A stretch of 64,000 nucleotides of DNA, taken from positions 488 through 64,487 of the forward strand of contig JACKPD010000014.1 in assembly GCA_024233785.1 (NCBI GenBank), given 5' to 3'. Under the pieces are notes generated by a model. That model had not been told where the DNA came from. It did not search any database and saw only the letters and a list, made by a program, of their open reading frames with translations. This document shows positions 56,214-64,000 of this stretch, piece after piece. The first letter of the stretch is position 1; each line of letters starts with the position of its first letter. The stretch comes from Spirochaetales bacterium (GTDB lineage: Bacteria > Spirochaetota > Spirochaetia > CADAEX01). The translations under genes were made by a program, and so were the position numbers.

Positions 56214-56883
56214 TTATCCCGTCACAGCCGGCAGCGGTAAGCTCTTTAGCGTAAAAAGTATCGTTTACAACCCAGGGATATATTTTAATATTATTTGCAT
56301 GGAGCTCTTTTACAAGCTGCTCATCAACATAATATAAAACCGGGTGGAAACTGTAGCATCTGAAATTACCTAGATACTTCATCGGGTTTACCAGCTGTGA
56401 TGCCATGATAAGGGCTGTTTTTATTTCAGCGTCAATCTTTTCAACGGTTGAAATGGTTTTATGATTAAAAGATGAAATAATAACATTCCCGGTCATCCCC
56501 CTATCACTTACCTGCCTGAGGACCTTTTCTTCAACCGGTCTTGTGTCTGAAGCGGTTTTCTTTATTTCAATATTAACCAGCTTCCCTTTTGGTACTATAT
56601 CCAGCACTTCTTCAAGCGCTGGGATTCTCTCGCCTGCGAATTCCGGGGAAAACCAGCTTCCCGCATCAATATTTTTTATTTCCGCCGAGCTTTTTGATGT
56701 AATCAAAGCTTTATCGCCTGTTACTTTTTCAAGATTCCAGTCATGAAAAATAAAAAGTTCACCATCACGGCTCATCTGAACATCTATTTCTATACCGTCT
56801 GATCCCAGTTCAAACGCCTTTTTTATCGCGGCTATTGTATTGTCCGGGGCATACGCGCTTGCCCCCCTGTGTGCTATTATCAT
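56185..56883 (-). CDS. Glycerophosphodiester phosphodiesterase
   Basis: 'MIIAHRGASAYAPDNT', 'GIEIDVQMSRDGELFIFHD'. The ATG at 56883 removes the track ORF's overlap with the divergent gene. The 3' end overlaps the convergent PfkB gene by 29 nt. Confidence 0.85.
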   Translation of the reverse strand: MIIAHRGASAYAPDNTIAAIKKAFELGSDGIEIDVQMSRDGELFIFHDWNLEKVTGDKALITSKSSAEIKNIDAGSWFSPEFAGERIPALEEVLDIVPKGKLVNIEIKKTASDTRPVEEKVLRQVSDRGMTGNVIISSFNHKTISTVEKIDAEIKTALIMASQLVNPMKYLGNFRCYSFHPVLYYVDEQLVKELHANNIKIYPWVVNDTFYAKELTAAGCDGIITNYPDLRF

Positions 56884-56990
56884 AAAATCACAATACAAAA
56901 TTATAATATCCCATGTCAAACCCTCTATTGATGAATCCTTCAATAAATAATATTCTCTCTGGGACAGCACGTATTCCAACGGAGAGAATA

Positions 56991-57797
56991 ATGAAACCCA
57001 TAACGCCTGTAAACGAAATTCCTGAAGACCTTTGTAAAAACCTCCTTTACCTTTTTACTGATATTGATGACACAATAACGACTGCGGGGAAGCTCCCCTC
57101 ATCAACCTTTGAGGCGATCTGGAAACTTCATGATGCAGGTATTAAAATAGTTCCTGTAACAGGACGCCCTGCCGGATGGTGCGATCACATCGCAAGGATG
57201 TGGCCGGTTGCGGGGGTTGTAGGTGAAAACGGCGCCTTTTATTTTTCCTATGATCCGCAGCAGAGAAAAGTAATAAGAAAATATCTCCAGAGCGCTGATG
57301 AGAGAAAACAGGGCAGGGACAGGCTCAATAAAATAAAGGAAAGGGTCCTTGAGGAAGTGCCGAACGCGGGGATCGCATCGGACCAGGATTTCAGGATTGC
57401 CGACCTTGCGATTGATTTCTGTGAAGATGTCACGCCGCTGAGTAAAAATGAAATGGATAAAATCTGCAGTATCCTTGATGAAGAGAAAGCGGTTTATAAA
57501 ATATCAAGTATCCACATAAACTGCTGGTACGGAGATTATGACAAGCTTACATGCTTCAGAATGCTTCTTAAGGATTTTACAGGGAAGGAGCTTGAAGCGC
57601 TTCAGGATAAAATAATTTTCGCCGGCGATTCCCAGAATGATGAGCCTATGTTCAAAGCTCTCAAACATACAATTGCGGTAGCAAACATTAAAAAGTTTCT
57701 TCCAATCATGAAGCACTATCCCTCGTATGTCACAGAAAAGAATGACGCGGAAGGTTTTTATGAGGCTTCCCAAATAATACTTGCCAAAAGAAAATAA
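56991..57797 (+). CDS. HAD-IIB family phosphatase (sucrose-/mannosylglycerate-phosphatase-like)
   Basis: Motif I 'LFTDIDDTIT', 'VPVTGRP' and motif IV 'FAGDSQNDEPMF'. ATG at 56991 preceded by GGAGAG. Confidence 0.8.
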   Translation: MKPITPVNEIPEDLCKNLLYLFTDIDDTITTAGKLPSSTFEAIWKLHDAGIKIVPVTGRPAGWCDHIARMWPVAGVVGENGAFYFSYDPQQRKVIRKYLQSADERKQGRDRLNKIKERVLEEVPNAGIASDQDFRIADLAIDFCEDVTPLSKNEMDKICSILDEEKAVYKISSIHINCWYGDYDKLTCFRMLLKDFTGKELEALQDKIIFAGDSQNDEPMFKALKHTIAVANIKKFLPIMKHYPSYVTEKNDAEGFYEASQIILAKRK

Positions 57798-57842
57798 AAA
57801 AAGGGCAGCCCGGCCCCCGGCTTTTTCCGGTTCCGGCTGCCC
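57795..57842. terminator. GC-rich hairpin terminator between convergent genes
   Basis: 'gggcagcc' (57803-57810) pairs with 'ggctgccc' (57835-57842). The A-run at 57795-57802 gives a T-run for the minus-strand operon. An inner 'agcc...ggct' + T5 may serve the plus strand. Confidence 0.75.
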
Positions 57843-57866
57843 TCACCGCTTCAGCAGCGGCCTGGT

Positions 57867-58844
57867 TTATTTAAGGATCCTGAATTTAACGTTATCCGCA
57901 GCATTTATTCCAAGCTGGGCAGTTATGACAGGAACGCCTTCGGACTCGAATTTCGATGCTATCTTTTTCTGCATATCTTCATCTTTAACAAGCGCGACCA
58001 TGTAGCCGCCTTTCCCGCCGCCGGTAAGCTTGGCGCCGTAGGCCCCCATCTCAATAGACCTTCCGCAAAGCTCAATCAGCTTTTCCTGGCTCAAATCCAT
58101 GTCAATAAGCAGCTTGTGGTTTTCTGTCATGATTTTACCTGCTGACGCAAGATCGCCGGATTCAATCGCTTTTTTCATTTCATATACCTGGGATGTAATT
58201 TTACTCATCGTTGTATAGAACAGCTCTGCATTGTTTTTAATCATCCCTTCAACATGTTCATCAAGAAGGGCAGTGTTGTAGGTGACACCGCTGTTTGCAA
58301 GGACGATATAAAGAGGTTTGGCGGGGACAATTCTTTCATACATTTTTTTCCCGTCCCGGATCATGTACATCATGAGTCCGCCGAAGGATGATGCTGTATT
58401 GTCTACACCGCTTGGAATACCGTGGTAGGCATGCTCACCCTCCCAGCCTATATAGTTCTCCTCAATCGCATCAAGGCCCAGATTGAATTCCCTGTTGCAA
58501 GCGCGGGCAAATGAAACGCTTATCGCGGCGCTCGCTCCTACGCCGCTTCCGGCAAGCAGGTCTCCCCCGACAGTAATTTTTATCGGGTTCTTTTTAAGAT
58601 CAAGCCCCATCACTTTTATCATCTGCTCATACGACCTGTAGCAGGCTTCCTCTTTTTTCTTTTTGTATCCCGGAACCTCAACCCTGTTGTCAACAACGGT
58701 AAAGCCCCTTCCGCCAAGGCCCGGCGCTCTTTCTACAATTGTTTCAGTCTGATACGGCAGCGCGGATAGTATCGCCGGCACCCCGTTTAAAACAAACTGG
58801 TCGCCAATAAGAATAGATTTTCCAAAAGCAGTCCCCTTACCCAT
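57867..58844 (-). CDS. GHMP kinase, mevalonate-kinase-like
   Basis: 'GKSILIGDQFVLNGVPAI' (compare the MVK N-terminus GKxILxGEHxVVxGxPA), motif 2 'LLAGSGVGASAAISVS', 'EHAYHGIPSGVDNTASSFGG' and motif 3 'KLTGGGKGGYMVAL'. Confidence 0.75.
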   Translation of the reverse strand: MGKGTAFGKSILIGDQFVLNGVPAILSALPYQTETIVERAPGLGGRGFTVVDNRVEVPGYKKKKEEACYRSYEQMIKVMGLDLKKNPIKITVGGDLLAGSGVGASAAISVSFARACNREFNLGLDAIEENYIGWEGEHAYHGIPSGVDNTASSFGGLMMYMIRDGKKMYERIVPAKPLYIVLANSGVTYNTALLDEHVEGMIKNNAELFYTTMSKITSQVYEMKKAIESGDLASAGKIMTENHKLLIDMDLSQEKLIELCGRSIEMGAYGAKLTGGGKGGYMVALVKDEDMQKKIASKFESEGVPVITAQLGINAADNVKFRILK

Positions 58845-60090
58845 TTAATCCTCCATTTTTCTTCATCTTTGATTCCAGAACTTTCTGTGTTTCATCCATA
58901 AGCTCGCTTTCCCGTCCTGCGTTAATCGTAGTCGCGGCTGCTATGCTGTGGCAGGCATCCGCGAATCCGCCCAGATTATTTGTAGCTTCGGGAAGAAAAT
59001 CACTCATTCCGGGCATTTTTTTATCAATTATTTTTTTAGAGAGTTCTGATGAACTTCTCATAGATATCTTTGTCTGTCCCATCTTTACAGTACCGAATCC
59101 TGGAACTGTATCGGGTATCATCTGAAAACCTGCGAGGTATTTCCCGTGGTCAAGAAAGTCAAGTTCAGCAATCTCTTCGCAGAAAACCCCGATCATCTTT
59201 ACCCCCATAGGAGAGAACCTTTCTTTAATATCAAACCATTGAATATTGCCGGTATCATGCAGACCTCCCTTTTTAAGGGTTTCAAGTTCCTGCGCGAAAA
59301 GAGAATCCTTGATTTTTTTAAGCTTTTCAATTTTCTCAAGCTTCTCAGCGGTGAGACCTTCAAGCAGAATGGAAATCCCGAGTTCAGGCCCGCCGTTATA
59401 AAAGCCTACACCCCCCGCGATATCAAGCAGCGGATAAAAATCAACTACATCCGCTTCCATTTCTCCCAGAGTGATATAGAACCTCTCCTCTCCGCCTGTG
59501 CTGCCGCTTCTCATAAGGCCTGATTTCACAGCTTCCTCAAAGCAGAGCCTGTTGAATGAGTGAACCTTCCTGTCAAGATAGTAGAAGTCCGCGATTCCGC
59601 CGAAGGCCGCTATATGGACAAGGTCGCGGTTTGCCTTATCAAGTTCCACCGCAAAATAATAGCAGACGACAGATGCGGAGATGTCCCTGTCCCCCCGCAG
59701 TCCGTAAAGATCGGGGTCAAGATTAAGAACAGATTCATCAGGCGAAGGCTCTGCCCTGTGGTGATCGAGCAGAAGGACAAGGTTTCTCCCCCTGTTGATT
59801 TCCGCAATTATCGGGGCAATCTTTCCGGCAAAATCAGCAAAGACAACTATCTTTCCGCTGTTTTCAGCAAACAGTTTTTCAAGAACAGCGGGATACGGTT
59901 TTTCAAGTGAAAACCGGCTCACACTGAAACCTGCGCGCTTGAAAGCTTTAAGCAGAATCGATCCGGATGTAAGTCCGTCTGAATCGTTATGATGCAGAAG
60001 GATAAGCTCTTTTGATCCATAGCGTTTCATTTTTTCAATCCCGCCCCTGATGTCTTTCAGATATTTTTCCATCGCATCACTTAAATCCAT
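58837..60090 (-). CDS. DHH-family phosphoesterase with DHHA1-like C-terminus
   Basis: 'LLHHNDSDGLTSG' (motif I/II), 'VVFADFA', 'LLLDHHR' (DHH) and C-terminal 'LGGFADACHSIAAATT'. Its stop overlaps the GHMP kinase start by 8 nt. Confidence 0.75.
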   Translation of the reverse strand: MDLSDAMEKYLKDIRGGIEKMKRYGSKELILLHHNDSDGLTSGSILLKAFKRAGFSVSRFSLEKPYPAVLEKLFAENSGKIVVFADFAGKIAPIIAEINRGRNLVLLLDHHRAEPSPDESVLNLDPDLYGLRGDRDISASVVCYYFAVELDKANRDLVHIAAFGGIADFYYLDRKVHSFNRLCFEEAVKSGLMRSGSTGGEERFYITLGEMEADVVDFYPLLDIAGGVGFYNGGPELGISILLEGLTAEKLEKIEKLKKIKDSLFAQELETLKKGGLHDTGNIQWFDIKERFSPMGVKMIGVFCEEIAELDFLDHGKYLAGFQMIPDTVPGFGTVKMGQTKISMRSSSELSKKIIDKKMPGMSDFLPEATNNLGGFADACHSIAAATTINAGRESELMDETQKVLESKMKKNGGLNG

Positions 60091-60317
60091 CTTTCCACCC
60101 CTTTATAATTCTCCATTGACCCGGCTGATACCGCTTTTCCGGATAATTTTCCGGTTTGCTGTTATCCGGTCATATCTTTCTGTCCGCAGTTCATTTATTC
60201 CGCAAAAAAGCCGGGATCCCTGGTATATTTTAACACCTTACGGACCGCGGCTCTCTTAATCCTGCCTTTACTATTATATTTTCAAGCTCAAGTATAAACA
60301 ATATCTCCCTGCCCTAT

Positions 60318-61172
60318 CTATTCCTCCTTCTTTGAGAAATAGAGATTTGCAACCGCGAAAATTGAAGTCGAAAGTATCAGCAGAAAGGATATCGCGTTAA
60401 TAACAGGTGTTGAACCGTCCCTTACCTGGAGATACAGGTTGATGGGCAGGGTTGCCTCAGAACCTACAAGGAAAAGGGTTGTATTGAAATTTTCAAACGA
60501 CATCAGAAAAGCTACTGCCGCCCCTCCGATTATTGAAGGGCGTAAAAATTTCAATGTAATGAACCAGATAACCTCAAACCTGTTTGCGCCGAGGTTGTAC
60601 GCCGCCTCTTCAAGCGTCTTGTCAAATTTCTTGAGCCTTGCCCCGACGACAAGAGCGACAAAAGTCGTAATAAAGGAAAACTGCCCCATAATAACAAGCC
60701 AGGTACCGGGGCTGAACAATTTCACATCCATACCCAGTTTTTCCTCAAAAAATATACCCGCGAGATTGGAAAATAACAGGATAGATATACCAAGTATAAC
60801 ACCAGGTATTACAAGGGGGGCAAGCATAAGGAAATAGAGGAGGTTTTTGAATTTGAAATCCTCCTGCTCAAAAAGGAATGCGGCGCATGTTCCGACTACG
60901 GTTGACAGCGCCGAAACAGCAACAGCTACCCTGAAAGAGACACCTATGCTGCGGAGGTTGATTTTATCGTTGAATATACCTATTTTTTCAGGCCCTGCCC
61001 CGGTAAACCAGTCAAGTGTGAACCCGTTCCAGGGAAGGGAGGGGAACATTGAATCGTTAAACGCAAGTATACAGGTAACAAAAAGCGGGGCGAAAAGGAA
61101 CAGGAAATATAGAATAATAAAAATGGAATAGGTTGCCTTATATGCGTTTGATTTGGGAAGCGATCTTATCAT
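60318..61172 (-). CDS. potC: Spermidine/putrescine-type ABC transporter permease
   Basis: 6-TM binding-protein-dependent permease. EAA loop 'EEAAYNLGANRFEVIWFITLK'. Position in the operon. Confidence 0.85.
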   Translation of the reverse strand: MIRSLPKSNAYKATYSIFIILYFLFLFAPLFVTCILAFNDSMFPSLPWNGFTLDWFTGAGPEKIGIFNDKINLRSIGVSFRVAVAVSALSTVVGTCAAFLFEQEDFKFKNLLYFLMLAPLVIPGVILGISILLFSNLAGIFFEEKLGMDVKLFSPGTWLVIMGQFSFITTFVALVVGARLKKFDKTLEEAAYNLGANRFEVIWFITLKFLRPSIIGGAAVAFLMSFENFNTTLFLVGSEATLPINLYLQVRDGSTPVINAISFLLILSTSIFAVANLYFSKKEE

Positions 61173-62026
61173 TTTACCACCTCGCTAAGCTGCTGTCCCG
61201 TAAGCCGGAGAGCTACCCATATAATCCCCGAAGACATCAGGAGAAGGAGAAAGCCGAACGCTGCCCCCTGATTCCAGTTGAAATATGTTATAAACTGATT
61301 ATATATCTGCTGTGTAAACCAGAGGGAATTCTTGCCTCCCATAAGGTTTGGAGTCAGATAACTTCCAAGGACAAGCATGAAAACAACAATCGAACCCGAC
61401 ATTATGCCAGGCATGCAGTGCGGTATAATTATTTTCTGCCAGATTACCATTTTTTTGGCGCCGAGGTCATAGGCTGCCTCTATTAAGGAATCATCAAGAC
61501 TTTCCATGACGCCTATTATGGGGATAACCATAAACAGTATTGAGGTATACACAAGCCCCATTATCATCACAGCATCATTGTAAAGCATCTCGACAGGCTG
61601 GTTCCAAAAACCCATTCCGACAAGGATCTTGTTGATTACACCGCTTTCCCTGAGCAGTATCATCCAGCCGTAGACCCTGATAAGTTCGCTTACCCAGAAC
61701 GGCAGAAGGAGGAGCACCATAAGGAAGCCCTGCACCTTGAATCCTGAGACCTTTGTAACATAGAAGGAGACAGGAAGCGCGATAACAAGAACAATAAATG
61801 TTACTATTATGGAATACGTTGCTGTCCTCACAAACGTAAGCCAGTAGATCGGCTCTGTAAAAAAGGCGGCATAGTTTGCGATTGTAAACCCGGTTTTTCT
61901 CTCAAAAAAAGACATCCTTAAAAGCTCTATGTGGGGAAGGATAATGAGGAGAAAGAGCCAGAGAAAAACAGGTATAAAGAAAATCCAGAAACCCCATCGG
62001 ATTTTACTATGTTTAGAGTTCATCAT
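61169..62026 (-). CDS. potB: Spermidine/putrescine-type ABC transporter permease
   Basis: EAA loop 'IEAAYDLGAKKMVIWQKIIIP'. ATG at 62026/62023 (MMNSKHS) chosen; the track ORF start at 62113 would overlap potA by 100 nt. Confidence 0.85.
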   Translation of the reverse strand: MMNSKHSKIRWGFWIFFIPVFLWLFLLIILPHIELLRMSFFERKTGFTIANYAAFFTEPIYWLTFVRTATYSIIVTFIVLVIALPVSFYVTKVSGFKVQGFLMVLLLLPFWVSELIRVYGWMILLRESGVINKILVGMGFWNQPVEMLYNDAVMIMGLVYTSILFMVIPIIGVMESLDDSLIEAAYDLGAKKMVIWQKIIIPHCMPGIMSGSIVVFMLVLGSYLTPNLMGGKNSLWFTQQIYNQFITYFNWNQGAAFGFLLLLMSSGIIWVALRLTGQQLSEVVK

Positions 62027-63119
62027 AAGCTTTAACTCCTGATTCCCTGAAACAGACAGCAGATTTGATGTCCCAGCCGATTTCAATGGAGTCGCCCGAT
62101 TTGATATAGTCAAACTGCCTGTTCTGAGGCAGGGAAACTATAAGCTCCTTATCGCTTCCATCAAGCACTACGAGCAGACGGCTGTTGGCCCCGTCGAAAA
62201 GTATCGCTTTTACAAGAACTTTAACAGTATTGAAATTGGCTTTTCCAGCATCAGGTTTAATTATAACAGCCTCAGGCCTTATATACATTTCAACCCTTTC
62301 CCCGTCGGATAAGCCGCTCTCCCTTACAAGATATTTCCTCTTATCATCTGTTATTACATAATGTGAGCCGTTCTCATCACGGTGAAGTATTCCGATAAAC
62401 TGATTATTGTCCCCGACAAACTGGGCGACAAAGGATGACTGCGGATTGTTGTACAGGGTCTGCGGTGTATCAAGCTGTTCAAAGTGGCCTGAATTCATAA
62501 CAGCGACATAATCGCTCATAACCATCGCCTCGGACTGGTCATGGGTTATATACACAAATGTTGTTCCGACCTGGACCTGAAGCTTCTTGAGCTCAACCTT
62601 CATGTGCTCCCTGAGTTTGAGGTCAAGCGCGCCGAGCGGCTCGTCAAGAAGCAGTACCGCCGGTTCAAGGATAAGGCACCTGGCTATCGCGACCCTCTGT
62701 TTCTGCCCCCCTGAAAGCTGGCTGATTTTCTTGTTTGCCTGTTCCGGCAGGCCGACTCTTTCGAGCAGGTCGTTAACCTTTTTATAAACAGCCGGTCCTT
62801 TCTCTCCCCGTCTCTTTAGTCCGAATGCAATATTTTCCTTGACATCCATCATCGGGAAAAGCGCGAGGTGCTGGAAAACCAGGTTAACCGGCCTCCTGTT
62901 AGGTTCAACACCGGCCATGTCCTGGCCCCGGATCTCTATGGCGCCGCTGGTAGGTTCATAGAAACCGGCTATCATTCTAAGCAGAGTTGTTTTACCGCAG
63001 CCGGATGGTCCGAGTATTGAAAAGAATTTGCCGCTTTCAACATTGAAAGACACCCTGTCGACAGCTGTAAATTCGCCGAATTTTCTGGTAAGTTCCTTAA
63101 CCGATAAATCAATCTGCAT
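62013..63119 (-). CDS. potA: Spermidine/putrescine-type ABC transporter ATP-binding protein
   Basis: 'GPSGCGKTT', 'LSGGQKQRVAIARCL', 'LLLDEPLGALD' and a C-terminal TOBE-like domain. Confidence 0.9.
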   Translation of the reverse strand: MQIDLSVKELTRKFGEFTAVDRVSFNVESGKFFSILGPSGCGKTTLLRMIAGFYEPTSGAIEIRGQDMAGVEPNRRPVNLVFQHLALFPMMDVKENIAFGLKRRGEKGPAVYKKVNDLLERVGLPEQANKKISQLSGGQKQRVAIARCLILEPAVLLLDEPLGALDLKLREHMKVELKKLQVQVGTTFVYITHDQSEAMVMSDYVAVMNSGHFEQLDTPQTLYNNPQSSFVAQFVGDNNQFIGILHRDENGSHYVITDDKRKYLVRESGLSDGERVEMYIRPEAVIIKPDAGKANFNTVKVLVKAILFDGANSRLLVVLDGSDKELIVSLPQNRQFDYIKSGDSIEIGWDIKSAVCFRESGVKAYDEL

Positions 63120-63494
63120 CTTTCAATACCTCTATATTAAGTTTTTTTATTAACATGCACCTTCTGCCCATATTAGCGGCAGATGAATCACAATTGCTTT
63201 CCCCGATAATTATTATAAACCCTGTCATGAAGGTTTTAAAGATCAAAAAATCAATACTGCATAAGGTTTATATAAAGCCGGAGTATCTGCAGCTGCCGGC
63301 ATAAAAAAACCGGCAAACAAGGTCATTAAAAAAACACCTTATCTTCCGGCTCTCATGTCTCATTGCCGAAAAATTCATACCGGCGGTATGTATCTAAAAC
63401 TTCACCTTTAAGGAGAACCCCTTAAACACGGCTTCAAAACACAGTCTTGATACAGAAACCGCCGGTATTTTAAAAATTATTTAAAGACCAATTC

Positions 63495-64000
63495 CTACTT
63501 GGAAGCCTTGATCTTGTCCATTATTTTTCCTTCCATCTCTTCAAGACCGGCTGGAACTGTAGGATACCAGTTCATTTTTGCCATAACTTCCGGTGTAAAG
63601 CATCTTGAGAAATTGGCAGCTGCTTCAGGATTAAGGAATTTTACAGCGTCTTTTGATGCTGTTCCGTAGTTTTCTGCATTTGTGAAAGCTGCAGCGTTTT
63701 CCGGTTTAAGTACGAAGTTGATCCATTTGTAGGCGCCTTCGACATTTTCCGATTTCGCAGGAATTGCGAATGTATCAACCCATGCCATTGATCCGCTTGC
63801 CGGAGCAATATAATCGATATCCTTGTTTTCCTTGTAGAGCTTCCATGCCTGCTGTTCCCAGCCCATTGCAGCCCATACTTCGCCTGATCTCATTGATTCA
63901 AGGAGAGCGTCGCCGTTTTCCCAGTAGTTTCTTACAACCGGTTTTGCCTTGATAAGAACATCGCCTATTTCATCAAGATATTTCTGGTAGGCAGCCTTGT
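63495..64000 (-). CDS. potD: Spermidine/putrescine-type periplasmic binding protein (5' part outside window)
   Basis: The reading frame stays open upstream of the track's Met to the window edge (...KAAYQKYLDEIGDVLIKAKPVVRNYWENGDALLESMRSGEVWAAMGW...). 'WVDTFAIPAKSEN' is typical of PotD/PotF. Confidence 0.8.
   Translation of the reverse strand, partial: KAAYQKYLDEIGDVLIKAKPVVRNYWENGDALLESMRSGEVWAAMGWEQQAWKLYKENKDIDYIAPASGSMAWVDTFAIPAKSENVEGAYKWINFVLKPENAAAFTNAENYGTASKDAVKFLNPEAAANFSRCFTPEVMAKMNWYPTVPAGLEEMEGKIMDKIKASK

Noticed and set aside
56913-56979. Apparent overlaps of divergent or serial ORFs in the track (56913..56979, 6662..6732, 62013..62113)
   Set aside because: These disappear when internal ATG codons with better ribosome-binding sites and family-consistent N-termini are used (56883/56991, 6660, 62026). 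They are start-codon artefacts rather than real overlapping genes.
1-64000. Scan for mobile elements, prophage, toxin-antitoxin, restriction-modification or known defence-system genes, and for tRNA/rRNA
   Set aside because: I recognised no transposase, integrase, recombinase, nuclease-helicase or methyltransferase signatures, no terminal inverted repeats flanking gene blocks and no tRNA-like T-arm/anticodon structures. The window reads as core chromosome. This is limited by the absence of search tools.

Overview
Gene-dense chromosomal window of roughly 43-46% GC by eye. I count about 51 protein-coding genes, mostly on the minus strand in long operons. I saw no rRNA, tRNA, CRISPR array, transposase, integrase or phage genes. 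All calls come from reading the six-frame translations and intergenic DNA; no database search was possible, so family names rest on remembered motifs.

Content is mainly transport and anaerobic amino-acid and central metabolism:
- a BMP-lipoprotein nucleoside-type ABC operon
- a TolC/adaptor/RND efflux operon that also carries a PII-like gene and its own two-component system
- HtrA and SppA
- an aminotransferase / indolepyruvate oxidoreductase / aryl-CoA ligase operon
- purL-purQ, aspS, a polar amino-acid ABC system and potDABC
- a TAXI-type TRAP system with two tandem paralogous fused permeases

The gene set is compatible with a diderm anaerobe, possibly spirochaete-like, but I cannot establish the taxon.

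I found no clear-cut novel system such as a defence island. The stretches I consider most worth follow-up are:
1. A three-gene membrane cluster at 11950-15349, containing a TIGR03546-like/TIGR03545-like pair of unknown function, preceded by a triple 14-bp palindromic repeat.
2. The TRAP locus at 39050-45340: duplicated permeases, a conserved 8-3-8 palindrome at the same offset before both, a 4 x 29-bp tandem repeat between the binding-protein and permease genes, and a roughly 500-bp unexplained leader.
3. A translationally coupled pair of a DHH phosphoesterase and a mevalonate-kinase-like GHMP kinase (57867-60090) with no other isoprenoid genes nearby.
4. A PII-like gene overlapping the RND pump gene.
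5. A 486-aa protein with no recognisable motif at the end of the arylpyruvate operon.
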